From Botryllus schlosseri (lineage: Eukaryota): 64,000 nt of DNA. The stretch's first letter is position 1; the number at the start of each line of letters is the position of its first letter. Where the stretch lies: positions 11,408,001-11,472,000 of the forward strand of contig CM119383.1 of NCBI GenBank assembly GCA_051294905.1. Direction: 5' to 3'. The notes under the pieces are model-generated. The model saw only the letters and a list, made by a program, of their open reading frames with translations, was not told the origin of the DNA and did no database searches. Positions 35,836-50,275 of the stretch are shown here, one piece after another. The translations under genes and the position numbers were made by a program.

Positions 35836-38087
35836 AGAATATACAATAGATATATAGATAGATAGGGACTTTTTCAATATATATCTAGTAAATTTAGTCT
35901 GGTGGGATATTGCAAGCATGTCGGCAGTTTGTTAGGGAAAACCCGCGACAGTATTTCATGGTGCTTCACTATTGCATAGAACTGCTAAGTACCGTTAATA
36001 TTCGTTCTTCTGATACTGCTGCTGCAAATATCACAAGATTCCAAGGCTATGAGGAGACAGGAGGTTCTTGGAACAACTCAATAGAATCTATTATAAAATC
36101 AGCAGTCCAACAATACCTTTAGCTGTGGTAGCAAAGCAATCTACGAAAGGGTAGTCCCAGATGAGGCATAAACGCTATGTCAAAAACAAAGTAAAACGCA
36201 GCACAATTCCAGAATATTCAAATTCTGGATATTATCACAACAGAGTGATTTGAAGTTGCTACATTTATGATTAAGTTACGTTTGAAAGAAGCACTGCTAA
36301 CTAACCAACCTGATCACTCAGCTCGCCAAAGCTAACAGCTTGCTCTCTCGCAGCTGTAAATATGAACGCAATTTGTAAAACAACACAGTAAAATATGGCA
36401 GATCAGCCTTACCTAGATGTGCTCCGGAAAGAAAACCGTATTTCGACTTGCCAGACTTTCTACCTCGAACTGTCGCCGACTTGCTGTACTTTCGCTTTAG
36501 TCTATTGCTGGACCGACGGCCTGATTTATCTGGAGGAATAGAAGTTATTCATCAAATTAAAAGTACTCCGTCCACATCTAACCCTATTGCGAGCAGAGCA
36601 TTTTATTCCTATCAAAGACGGAGATGAATACAGTGGAAGGGAATATTAAAACAACAATAAGTCACAAAGGCAATATAAACAAACATCAATCAATTCATTT
36701 TGGTATTTTACTACATTGTCTCATTTCAGCAAAAAAATAAACATATGTTCAATTGAGAGAAGTATAATAATATGGTTACATCTCTAAATGATATATCAAT
36801 CGACAAACAGTTTGGACCGAATAACAAACTAGCCTCAATACCGCAGATAGCTAAAGATTGATAGGGCTCAATTGATAAGTGTTTGTAAAGCGTTGTGAGC
36901 CAACGTTACAGAAACAATTTGAAGTTCTCGTATCTTATACCTGAGAGGTATCTAACTAAGATAGCGCAGCTTACAGTACTATATGCTTGGAGAGGTCATT
37001 AAATAGAAAAAATGAAGTCACCATTCTAAAACATTATACCGTATTTCCACAATCTGTAAACATTCAGCAACTAACCTCAAGATATACTACTCACTTGTAC
37101 AGTCTTATGCTGGATGACTAAATTTCATTTCAATAGCTGTGAAGCTCTACCATAACTCGAGCGCCCTTAGTAACATCATATCACATCATACTTTGCCATT
37201 TGATCAAGGATAGGATAATCTTCAAACTACAAGATCCTTCCGTTGACAACCGCTATATCTGACATGTGTTTTTGTTTCACACAGGCCTCATTGAACAAAA
37301 ACTTACTTCTACTTCAAGCAGCACTGACAATAGGACGCTTAATACATGATATGCCCATAATAAGGAAAAACAAAAACCATAATAGTGTTTATAATGATCC
37401 ATAAACAAAATTCTCGCTTAGAATCAACGTTAAGGTATTGGTAACGGGACATCGTATTTCATTTGACAATGCACATATGACTGGATACCAGCACCATGTC
37501 GAATGTTTTGTCTTTTATACCTCATTAGGTACATATTTATATACCAATTACCAACCTTAGCGTACAGTGCTCTATTGTACTAATGACACATTTCTACACA
37601 ATGGTTCTCTACTGATTTAGTAATATTAATATTGTCGATCTTCAATAACGTTAAAAGTGATAAATACACTAACTAACAGAAAATGGCAAGGTAGAAGTTA
37701 GCTTTTACAATTTCAGAAAAGTCATTCCTATTTATCATTCCTAATTATCTTGCCTATGCACTACATGGAGAGGTAGTAATACATAATCTGATTAAATGAA
37801 GAATTGGAAGGATTTGAACCTGTAGTTTTAAAGGTAGAGACAACTGGAAATGAAGAATGGGAATTACAGAAGTTTAGCAGAGTGACAGTGCAAATTAATC
37901 CAGTGGTGTTTCCAAGGTCTTCCGGTTGTGATAGAATGTTTTACCACACTGAGCAAAAAGCTACTATGACAAATGCTTGACATTCGAACTAATGAGAATA
38001 TCACCGAATGTAAAATACAAAGAATATATCCACATGTAGACGACTCTTACAATCTATACAGAAAAACAAATGGACAGTGGTCTAAGA

Positions 38088-38353
38088 CAGTGGTTCCCAA
38101 CGTGGGCGATTTGGCGGCCTGGGGGGGCGAAAATGACGAAGGGGGCGATAGGGGGCGAAAATAGCGAAGGGGGCGATAACGCGTTGAAACGGCTATTTTG
38201 GAGTCAATTTGGAGAAATGACCTTTTTTTTTAGTCAACCCGCCGATGACTACAGATTGTATACCGATTTTTCGGTTCACAAAATCTGGGGGGGCGATGAT
38301 CGGCCTCGAGCTTGAAAAGGGGGCGATGAGTCGAAAAAGGTTGGGAACCACTG
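38088..38353. mobile_element. 266-bp hAT (Charlie-like) MITE
   Basis: Perfect 14-bp TIR cagtggttcccaac / gttgggaaccactg; perfect TSD gtctaaga; repeated gggggcga subterminal motifs, also seen in a fragment at ~25048-25100. Confidence 0.92.
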
Positions 38354-38443
38354 GTCTAAGATATGATTTATGAACTGATCATGGTAGATTTTTATATAAG
38401 TAACAAGACATGAGACCGACATTTTCATCAATATTAATCTTAA

Positions 38444-39116
38444 GGGGACTAGCAAGTCATCACCATGAAATTTTCACAGTCACTAGATGTCGCTATGCTA
38501 TATAAAAAAAATTGTTCCACCACCCTGCAGATTGTGGATTTGAAGGAAAAACAATGCACCGACACGGGGAATGCAAAATCTCAAGATTGTGAAGCCCTTT
38601 TTTCAATCTAACGCCTTTTTTAGGAAGTACTAGGACAGTGCTGTGTTCTGCTAAAATTTGAAGGAATATGTGCAACCCCTCTTGGAGAAATTTCATTTTA
38701 AAATTTCAAAATTTCAAATTCCAGGTCATTTTTACAAAAAGTTTACTGTGAAGCTTTATAATTCAGAGCAAGGTAGACCTAGGCCAAACGACTCTTAGCA
38801 TAACATAGGTCTCGATGTTAGCTTTTTAAAAAACCCTGAGTGAACACTATACGACATATATGTCATACAAATTTTTGATTTACCATGAAGCTGTGCAACA
38901 AAATTTTACAATGGAGAAAAACGTTAATAAACATTTTACCAGTATTAAAAGATACTAAACCAGTGTCGATGAAAATCGAAATTATGAAGTTTTTAGTTAT
39001 GTTTTGGGTAAGATATGGCCATGAGGCAAGAGTATAGGTACTATGTTGATATTTCAAGGCAAAGAAAAAATTGAAAATTTTGATGTTTTTTTATAAATTT
39101 GTACTTGCTAGTTCCC
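38444..39116. mobile_element. TTAA-flanked non-autonomous DNA transposon (Kolobok-like)
   Basis: TTAA on both sides (38440-38443, 39117-39120); TIR ggggactagcaagt / acttgctagttccc (13/14); purine-purine termini rather than the CCY termini of piggyBac. Confidence 0.8.
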
Positions 39117-39131
39117 TTAAGGTCTTTTTAT

Positions 39132-42100
39132 TCAAGGTCCATATCCAACTCTATTATCCCCATGCAACAGTGATGTCGGGCTTGCTAAAGATGTCCTCAT
39201 CTGCATACAATGTTCAAACTGCTGATGAACTATTGTCAGGAATGATATACCATACTCATACTCAATTATTCTACCGTTGTAATGGTTATACGAATGCAAT
39301 GCTCCTGGTCCATGTGAAAGCAATTCGACTGAATGTATATCAAAGTAACCACAAGTAAATTGATGACAACACTGAAGCAATGTAATTTCAAATCAGATAG
39401 CAAAGTATCATCAAGTATACTTCAAGAGAGTGCAATATATCCATATCCAGAGAAGAACAAGCAGTTATTTATTACAGATTCCTGCTGCGTATCAAATATC
39501 CTACATATTCACTGTAGAGTACTGAACCTATCAGCAATTCAGAAGCTACAACATTTCTCTCAGCCACTGTAATCCAAATGTGTGGTGAACTATGTGAAAA
39601 ACGTACTAGACTCCGCCTAAGCATCAATTGGATTTCCGTGGTCAAGTGTTTCAAAATTAAAATATTGTGTGTTCAAATGGCACCTATCTTCAAGTGTAAG
39701 TAGATGTAAAGCAGACTTGACAGCTGAGCACTTGAATCTGTGCACATGACGAGAGGGCATTACAAGTTGGCCAAGAAACTCATACAAGATAACAATATAC
39801 TATCGATCTTCAAACAGGAAGGAAAACCTTTCTTACCAACCATGTACTTCTACATGCCAATTTCGATGTTCACAGCAAACTTTTTGAAGAAACAAGTTTC
39901 AATTTCCGGGCTCAATATAGTGTATTTGCTTTGACGGAATAAAGGTAAAATTGAAACTAAAACATTATTACAACAGGTTTGAAGGCGTATCGAACATTTC
40001 GTCCTTGACAGGGAAGTAATATTAACAAAGAATTTCTACTTGCTTTGAATGCTCAAGTAAATTTCCACAATTTCCACAGTTTACACAAGTCCTCATTCTA
40101 CTTCACCACTTTTGAAAGCATAATTACTGATGCTTAAAGTTTGTATTTCTGTGAAGTAGGAATGGTTTGAATAGTTGAAAATAACTTTGACACACTTTGA
40201 TATTGTGACAGCTAACACTAAGACGCCAATAACATACCCTACATATGAATTACAGATGCCAACAGATCAGATACTGCGTTGCATTCATTGGATTGATTGA
40301 TAATCACTAAAACACACCTGGAAAACCAGCTGATGCCATCTTTTTCCTCTGAGACAACAAGCTTTGAGCAGGTGGATCTCCGCTAGTCGCAGATCCTGGC
40401 CTCGCCTGAGGAATCATCTTCAAACCCTGGAAAAATATTACAGTTTAATTGTAAGCGGAAGCCAGCGTAATAGTTTTCAGCAAATTGTACGTTGCAGCTT
40501 AGAAACACACACACTCTCCCACATACACCAATGCATGATGTGATGAAATGAATCATTAAAATGTTTATGGTTTACATACCATAATTATATATTTAATAGT
40601 TCATATATTAGTTGCTGAGTTGAGTGATGAGAATAGTACTGTATTAAATGGATACTTTTGTTAGAATGACAACATAATTACCTGGATTCCGACAATGTCT
40701 GATGGGAAGGCAAGTCGAACATAATGAGACATGGCAGTAATGGATTTTGTTACATAAACACTACTGAAATAAATTCTGTTGCAATATGAGGAACACTGGA
40801 GTCACAAAATATGTTTGTCAAATGCCATACATCGACGGTATGTACCATCTACTAATTTATAGTTTTGTTTTCTGAAAATTTATGGAATAAGATGTAGCCC
40901 ATCAATGAACGATTCAAATGAGGAAAATCGGTGTTCTAATGCCTTGTCCTAATTCCATAAATTTTGAGTTATTTCAAAAACACTTTAGCATCTAAGGTCA
41001 ACATAAAATCGTATTTGTTTTGATAAATGACAAATTACTGATCAATGATGATTGCCATACTTCAAAATGAAGCTATTTGCTCAAATTCTACTGTATTTGT
41101 TCGAGCTACATTTGAGCCAAACCAAATAGTACTCAAACATGAATGTGTATTTCCTATAAATCAAGGTGGCTGTAGCAGATACAAGGGAATAAAATGATAA
41201 AAATCAAATCAAATCCCATTATATTCTGGCAATAAATAGCTTACATAAACAAAACTTTGAATATCAACGTCTATGACATTGACAAACACATGTTACAACC
41301 TATGCTTCATTATAGACACGCTCAAACCGAAAAATTATCCATCAAAACTCGTTAACATGTCATACGTGCTGCAGTACTTATTCTAGGATATATCCTAGAA
41401 CTACTGGTACAAGATTTGACAACATATTTTACTCTCGATGGCAATATAATATCCGCCTTACTTTCTACGCATGTACCTGTTTGTAGCTAATATAATATCT
41501 ACCACTGACAACTGACTTTTTTCTCTGCATTCAGTAGAATATGAATTTACCCGACAGGACAGGCACTCGTTTCTGAAGAGCCGAGTTTTGTCCTAGAAGG
41601 ATATAGTGGCGTATGTTTGATCACATTGGACAAGAGAAAGTGTGCACACCGATTTGTGATTATCTTGAAAACACAGAACCTGTCATTCAAGAGACCACTA
41701 CAATGGAGTGAAGCATAGTTAAAACACTTGAAAAATGTCAATAGTAACAAGAAGATTACTTAGCTCTTCACAACACAGTGGATACAACACACATCGTGAG
41801 CTCAATAGTTGTTGAAGAGTGATACAAATCCGATAAGATTACAAAATGGAATGTGGCCAAAATTTAAAATCTCATTTTAGTATCAACACTGTTGGACACA
41901 CAATGACGGATCGGTGATAGTGTGGAAGTATTGATGTGTTTTAACCGGATTTCACGACATAGACGCTACCCAGCTGAACAGCTGTTCTGAAAGGCCATAT
42001 ATTTTGAGGACAATACAAAATGGACAATGCCCAAAAGCATTCGAAATCTCGGCAAACATGGTCAAAAAAATCGTGCAGCTTACGGCACGGACACAATCAA

Positions 42101-42681
42101 AAGCCTTCATCAACCAAATACCTTTGACAACATATTTATGATGAAGTGCCAATGCAACGACAGTAAGTGCAAAAGTATGCTAGTCATCAGCCTTACTCAT
42201 ACTCAAGGTAGAAGTAGTTCTCGAATTCTAATCAAATACTATCAATGTATTTATAAGTAAGGAAAACCTCATATAGGAGTAGGACAGCAAGGAATATGAA
42301 GTTATTGGTATCTGGGAATGCTTGATACATCTGAAAACGAATCTTGCATGAATTGTAACATATCGACTTTTGCAACAGCCAAAAAAATGTGTGTTTGTGT
42401 TTGAGAAAGTTGTTTAATTTGAGACTCATAAAATACACAAGAGATTGAAAGGTACTTGCATTAACTAGTAAATTGGCATGCCACTACCAATCCGACATCA
42501 GATGATATCGGCAGGAAGACAGATGTGATATTAGACTTCATGAACGGACTCACCCAAAGATATTTGGAAGCAACAACTGTGGTGAAACATGATGCTGATG
42601 TAATTGGTCTTTGCAGCTTATTCAAGAGGATGACTATTTTGCGTCTGTTTGTTTTGTCTAGTATTGGGTGGTAGGTTTCTA
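39132..42681 (-). CDS. Candidate downstream exons, possibly the 3' part of the WDR97/87-like gene: 42681-42554, 41592-41551, 40763-40682, 40426-40318, tentative terminal 39328-39132
   Basis: Canonical splice sites and phase continuity for TKLGSSETSACPVG|SVYVTKSITAMSHYVRLAFPSDIVGIQ|GLKMIPQARPGSATSGDPPAQSLLSQRKKMASAGFP. The putative last exon ends TGA overlapping AATAAA. Links to upstream exons are unresolved. Confidence 0.45.
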
Positions 42682-45146
42682 CTTTCAATGGCAATTTTTC
42701 AAGTTAGCACCTACCGTTATAAACAAACCATCAATTTATTGTAAGCATTGTACCCACGAGTTGGTCTTGAAATTTATTATCATTGTATTATGCATTGATC
42801 ATCACAGGGTTGGGTAGGTTCAAAGTCAAGGGGTAGCTGATGTAATGTAACATATGTTGGTATGTACGGTGATCTGTACATACGCACTGACGGCATCACA
42901 GCGACAGCATCCGGCAAGGATGTTAAAGTATCACCACAAATTGTTTACTTTTATGGTCATGTTTTGACAACTCTGATTCAGCAAATCAAACAAACATCTC
43001 CTCTTATCAAACAATGTTAGCATCATAATTATCATAAAATGGTAGTTAAGTTGTTTGAACGTTACATCTAATCAGGCTACGGATAGGATACCAACAAGTA
43101 GTAAAAATGCATCGTTGATTTCAGCATAAAATGAGCAAGACATATGGAGAAAGGATCGTAAAGCTTGGATAGAAGATGTGTCAATATGTATATGCGATTA
43201 TGCGTGCATCATATGAAGTCACAATCGCCGTAGTTTGAAAGTGTCAGCATTAGGGCACGAGTTGGTTTATATTATAATGATTAGAGATCGAAACCTTGTA
43301 TATATTAGAACAGGAAAATTCCAATCCGAATATCCTGTAGACAGAGCGAAGTAAAATAGTTTTATCCGGGCTTAATTTGTTTAAATAACGAGTTTTCTCA
43401 ATAAAAGCAGCTCTACAGCACCTATATACTGCAAATGGTTGATGTATCTCAAAGAAAATAATCTTTTTGTTGACTTGGTGCTCCAGTTCCAAGAGTTAAA
43501 TACAATGAATAAAACAAATAAACAATCAATTCTTGATGATCGCAATATAGCATACATCAATTCGCCTTGGAAATGTACATAGGGTGACCATGACCAAATA
43601 TGTAACGGCATGCACTTTGAGAGGATGTAAAAAAAAAGGAAGACTGGCAACTAAACCGGTCGCAAGATTTCAGAAAGGAAGGATCCAATCAAAATCAGGA
43701 ATAGTAATCGTCAGGTTACAATGCTAAGCGAGATTACAGTAACTCTAATAAATCTGCCGATATAATATGTGTACGTGATTACACGACATTCGACGAGGCT
43801 TATTACGTCAATTTGCCAGTGTCATACAAAAATTTTCAAATAAATTCTCAAGGATTAATGTTTGTTGAGACACACTCAGATTTCGGTAACCAATTGATCG
43901 GGCAAACATGTTTTGTAGCCATTTTGCATGCACACATGGTAGGAAGTAAAATCCATGAACCAATCATCCAGATTAGGTATGACTCCGGCATGAATCAATA
44001 ACAAACCGGCAATGAATGTTACCACGGGATCAACACAGTTCCTTAGAAAAATGTGGATATTGATAATAGGAGATGCAAAGAGAAATCCCTGATCAAGACA
44101 ACCGAGCATAGAAAGGTTTGCAGAGAATAAAATTCAGAGTAGGATTGTGATGGCGACAGTACTAGGAATTAGTTAAAAATACCAGTTTTAGCAGGTAACA
44201 TATTTACGTATTGAAAATTTGACCTACTCACGATTTCAGATATAGAAAGGACGGCAATGCTTAATAAGAATCAACGTGTAAGATTGCGAGAAGATATTTA
44301 TATTTTTCAAGCATTGAAATACAGGTTGTTTACTCCTCACGAACTTCTTACCATACTTTCACATGGATTGAGTTGTAGCAAACTTGTGAAGAAGAGGATT
44401 CACAGATGCCAGTTTCAAAATATGCAGGAATAAAAAGTCAATCATTTACTTGTTGCAAGTCACAAATATTACTGTGGTTGTGGTAGCCAAGGGGATTTGG
44501 AGATTACTCACAGATTTGGGAGTCACCTCCGATTAATTTTTAATGTAGCAGTGACTTTGGTCAGGTCAATCTTCCACATAACTTGAAGAATACAATTCGA
44601 GTAGAAGGTAGACCAAATGCTGTGATAAAAGTCTCAGTATTCAGTAAGAGAGAGTAGCAATTTTGTTAAGATGTGATGAAATTGTATAACGATTGGTACG
44701 ATTCCCAAGACCTTAAAGTAGTATTTCAAGTAACCTTGAACTCATTGCAGTAGTAGGATATCAGATTTCAGCATAGATTCAGTCGGGTTTGATAGAAACA
44801 GGTGCGTTATCAATATGATAATTTAGTAACCAAGTGAAATAGGATAAGTACTAGTCTATGCTTGTGCAAATACCGTTCTTGTTGATATCGTATATGTTTC
44901 AGCGAATTTTAGATCGAGTTGATACAGGCAGTGTTTATTTGGTCACTACTTAATTAACATTTGTAACGTTTTACGGAATCAATGGCGCATTATCACTAAG
45001 ATCCATTATAAATTAGAACAGCAAACAGAATTCGCTAAACAAACAGATTTGGCTGTTTCAGAAATCCAGAATCTTAACAACACTTAACTAAATAAAATTT
45101 ACACATGGACTGAAAAGATCGCTCAACGCTTCCGTGCCTTCACAGT

Positions 45147-48100
45147 ATGGGAACAGAATGCTTGGACCGTTCTGGGATACAATGCTCTTATGTCGAAGTG
45201 TATACCGAAGTCAACGGCTACCCACAAAACAACACAGTCTTTACTTGGTGGTTGACATTGGCTCACAGTCCTTACGATGCGGAGTCAACAGCGGAATTTT
45301 CTGTGTTATTAATCATTGCAATCACGGCCGTAATAGCAAACATACTGGTTTTAATGGTGATAGTAAGCAATAAGAAGTTGATCAAGATTCCAACACATCA
45401 ATATACCGGTAAGTCAGGGTAAATCTGTATTTGTTAACTGCAATATCAATTCATCTCAGTAATGCAGTACTTCTACTTTTCCAGGTAGCCTACTCAAGTG
45501 GTTATGTTTTAGACTAGTTGTTTTTTAGTTTGGAATTTGAAAAGTATAAGGTAGTTTTGTGACAAGTTTACATTTCTATCAATAATGAACTTGTCGCAAG
45601 AACCACATTAAATATTCCCTATATCACGTAACTGAATCTATTTTAAAAAATAATACCTGTTTGCATTTGTAGCATGAAACAGAGAAAGTAAGCACCTCCC
45701 ATTAACTGCAAAAAGTATGTGACCCTTTGACCAAATCTACTCTCTTAAACTACTTACCTCATTAGTTTTAGACCTTACATTTTGTTCTTCTATTTGATGC
45801 AGTTTTTACATGTCTTGTAAATTGTTAGTTTTACTTTTAACTGAGCCACAAATTATGGTGTAACCCCTACTTCTATTTGATTAGGAACGCTGAATACTTA
45901 GACCCCTCTGCTTTTTTAATCAAATGTTTGTAAGTATTTAGGTGTTGAGATTGTAGTTGTAATTGTAATGTATGACACGCTCATATTTCATCACATGATT
46001 AGCACCGTTGTCAAGCGTATGGTCCTTGACCTTTTGTTACTTGTTCAATCCGATTTATTAAAGCTTCTGTATTGTCTCTCCGATTCAGCTGCACAGAATG
46101 TCAACTACCTATTATTCATCTGTGTTGCGCCAATGATGCTGTCCGCTAGAAGAGTATACATGTGGACACTGTCTGAAGCTTTATGTAAATCAATACTTTA
46201 CACATTCTCTGTGAGCACTTTCATTGCGATTTGGCTGTTTGTATTCATAAGCATGGACAGGTGAGTACGGTAGAGTTTGGCATGCATACATTGCCTTCGT
46301 TCAATTGGTTTTAAATAGGACTTTTGGCTATTATGAAGATCTTTATCAAGATTCATTGGTTTATCTGCGGCTGTGCTGCATTTGAATGGCATCTGACGGT
46401 CACACAAAGATTTTGATCCGATCCAAATATTGATAGACACTTGACACATAGGTCTGAATATCGATGCTCTAGCGATGTGAAAATGCTAGGTGGTGTATGC
46501 TTTCACGCTTCGCCCAGTACATTCTGTGTGAGTGATTTAACTCAAACTCTGGTAGCTTGGTTCTGGCATATATAGAACTATTCTTCATAGAAGTAGAGGA
46601 AAACTTTCCCAATACATTTTTAAACATTGAATCATTCAAGTAGCCTCGATTGATCACTTTGATGTTGATAGTTTGTTGAGATGCGTTCTCTAAGTAGGAG
46701 CAGATATTGCAATACATTCTTGAGAATGTATTGAGAATGTATTTCACGAATGTCTGAGTATTGTAAATGCAGACTCAGGTTTAGTCAGGATTAATACTGC
46801 AATCGATTTGATAGTTATGGTACTTTCCTAATTACGGTACTAAAAATAATTTCAAAATCGAGACATCATTGTGTGATGTGTGATTGAGTGATAAAGGGGC
46901 ATCTGCAAATACACTTGCTTTTTGCCTAATATGAATAAGCCGTCCCACATCTGTTGATTAGTTAATTGTCAATATCAGAATGTGACAGACACTCCATCCA
47001 TAAATCTGTTACGCAATTACTAAGAGCGAATAACAGCAGAAGGATTTCTACCTGAAAACAAACAGAATTACGTACGCAACATAATGATCTGAAAATCAAT
47101 GGACATTAACATATATATTGCTGATTTAAAACCTCTTACAATAATCAATAACAATACAAGAAAAGAAGTGGCTACACTCAATTGGATGACAGCTCATTAT
47201 CAGAGGTTATAAGGGTGTTTCATGATGACCGATGGTACTAGTCACACCATGACAGACTAACCTACATATTTAATTTTGGTTTGAAATGATGGTAAATAAC
47301 TCTCACAGAAGAGATTTATTGACGCCGTTTGAAGTATGGTGTAACCTGACCAGGCTATTTACCTTCGCTAATATTCTCCGCAGGCACATACACGTCGTCC
47401 AATCCGTGAAAAGAAGTCGGTTGGCGGGAGTTTATCCGAAATATCCGTCAATGGCAATTTTAGTAATGGTGGTTTTTAGCGTTTTATTTTATATTCCTCT
47501 CGGCTTGAATTTTAAAGTACTGCCAGTCATCGAGGATCTATGTACCGAATCGACTAAATGCTTCATGAACAACAACCAAACTGTGAGTTAACTTTATTCT
47601 GTTAGTTAGCCACATTCACTTAGATAAGCTACGTACTTATTAGATATTATACATTATGATACATAGGACTCTACTTTTGTGAACGATTTCAGCCAATGAA
47701 ATTAGTCACACATATTTACCAAAAGCACAACCTGAATATATAAATATACAGAATTTTACATCACATCTTCAATGTAATTAACACCAGTGATTTCTTCTGA
47801 TAACTTGTCCCTAAATTTAAAACCATTTATCGTAGGACCGGTCATGGATTTATACAGCCAATGTGAGGAGGCTACTTGACTGACAATGCCTTTGCTTGTT
47901 CACGTTTTGAGAACTGAAAATTTTCAGGTCAAAATTTGCGCAAGCATATGGAAATCAGACCCGGGTGCGCTCACCTGGAACATATTAATGTTGCTCATCT
48001 CTTATATAATACCATCCCTATTAATTTCATATAATTATTGGGAAATTTATCACAACGTCAGAAAGATCCGTAAGCGAGTCCAGAAACGACGAGGAAACAA

Positions 48101-50275
48101 AGGTAAACATGGCGATTGAGCAATTTTCAATATGGTAATACAGTTTTACAGTTAATTGGCTTTTACAGCATCTAGAAGGGAAGCGGAAATCCAAGTCACA
48201 ATCACATGCGGACTGCTGGTGATCATATTCCTCATGATGTGGACACCTGTTTTCATTGTTTTATTTCTAGTTCAGTTTGCAAGGGTAAGAGCAAGTACTA
48301 TTGCATCATTCACACATAAGAAAGTATTATACATAGTACGTTGTAATATTGTAAATAATACAAACGCAACTACATTTTGATCAAGGGTCAGAGTCAGCAT
48401 TGACCTGTGTCTGACATTGGTCAATACAAAGTGAAACTTCGAAATTCTGAATCTATTATCAAAGATTTTACCAAGCTGTGGTACATGCCAAGTAATTATT
48501 TATTGCTTGCAAAGTACGAGTGTTATTATTATCTTGTTTCAAGCAACCTAACATACCTAATTTAGATTTTGGATTCAATTGAGAATATGAGTCCTGACAT
48601 AATCCTGAAATAGGTTTTTACTGGATGCATAGCTATCATGAGACACAAACCTACTCCCATCAGCGTTTTGCATGCTTTTAATTGTGTGTTTAAATGCATT
48701 GCTATAACACTTGTACTTGATGGTTACGAGTGGCAATTTGACCATCAGTTTGCACACAAGCAACAAATTATTTTGGAACACCAAAATTAGGATGTTCAGG
48801 CAATTTCATTTTCATGCAATTTCATGATTCACGATCCTTGATCCCATGATCATTTCATGATCCTCTTTGCATATTGTTCAGGTTCAAGACGAGAATCACC
48901 ATATTGTATCGGCCGACGTTTTTTATTGGGTGTTTTGCTGCACTTTAGCAAATGCCGTGGTTAACCCAATGGTGTACGCGTGCATGAATAAGAAATTCCT
49001 GCAAGCTTGGGAGGATTACAGGTGAATACATATTTTTCAATCGAGAGTTTTTCAATGTAGAATATGAAGATTGATGCACAGTACAATGATTGTTCAATCG
49101 TCAAAATCACGGTATATTTAATAATTATTATTTCACTCCGGTATCTAGAAATATTTGACCTGTGGTCATTATGATAATCATGGCAAATATTGGATTCCCT
49201 TTGCATTTTTAAATCGATTTTGATGATCCAGCTTCAAAATGATTTCTCTAACATCTTGTGCCTACAGGTATAGTATGGTCAATGACCAGATATCAAGTGA
49301 TGTAAATTTGAGGTATACTGATGTGAAATCACATATTACAATATCATTGAAAGCAAAGGGATTAGGAAGCACACGTAATAAAATGGATTCATTACACTAA
49401 TAGACTTTTATAGCTGGGATAGTACAATATGCAGTGAATCTTCCAGCCAGATATTCAGCCGGCCATCTGCCATTGATAAATAATTATATAACATAAATAC
49501 AATGAAAATGATGTTATTTTCTCTCAATAAGGTCATACCGCTTTGTTCCGCATTATTTGTCCTGTGACATCAGATTCCATGTATAAAATGCTATTCTTGG
49601 AAATGTAACATAATTTGTATTTATATATCGAAAGTCATATCTTCTAATTTGTCGGTATCCAGCAGTATTTAGTAGAGAAAAGCGGTGTTATAGGTTATAA
49701 CTCTCTTATAGGACTTTCATAAGAGTGCATGCGATATCACAGTCTCAACCTGCAGTTCAATTTCACTCACAAAACTACTTTCCTCTTATCGATATCAAAA
49801 TATACAAAGTATGTGGCTCCGCCGAAAAAAATTGCTGTGGAAATGTCTAACAGGTAAGCACTTGGGAAAGTATTGCAAGTTGGCAAAACCTACTGGAGTA
49901 CTCAGAAGAAGTAGAAATACTTCGTTAGTGACCAACTCTAGATACTGCAAGCATATGCGGCAATGCCAGACTCATCACGAGTTCCACTAAAGGAATGCCA
50001 AATTGAACCTGATCGAAAATGATTAAAATTCCAGCTTTCCCGTAATCGGAAAATCCGCATGCTGTCAAAACCTTCTCGGCCTTTGCGCAAGCGACACGGA
50101 AGAATCAACAACCACCGAACGTCTACCGAGATGCCACGAAAATCGAGTTGAAATGGAAGACGCGCCAGCCAACGACACCACAGAACGGAGCGATTCTCAG
50201 CCGGATGGTAAAGAGGGACAATGCCAACGCAACATTTCTTTCGTTGTAGTAACTGCACAGGAAGACACAGCGTGA
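45147..50275 (+). CDS. FFAR4: Class A GPCR, FFAR4/GPR120-like, ~434 aa. Exons 45147-45408, 46089-46260, 47384-47582, 47928-48102, 48169-48284, 48882-49021, 50035-50275.
   Basis: Seven exons join in phase, with seven hydrophobic segments, SMDRH, MMWTP, NPMVY and C-tail cysteines. Segments resemble FFAR4 from recall: NNTVF vs NRTRF; ICASIWKSDPGALTWN vs ICTLIWPTIPGEISWD; VFYWVFCCTLANAVVNPMVY vs LFFWVVAFTFANSALNPILY. GPCR identity is near-certain; the FFAR4 assignment is less so. Confidence 0.88.
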
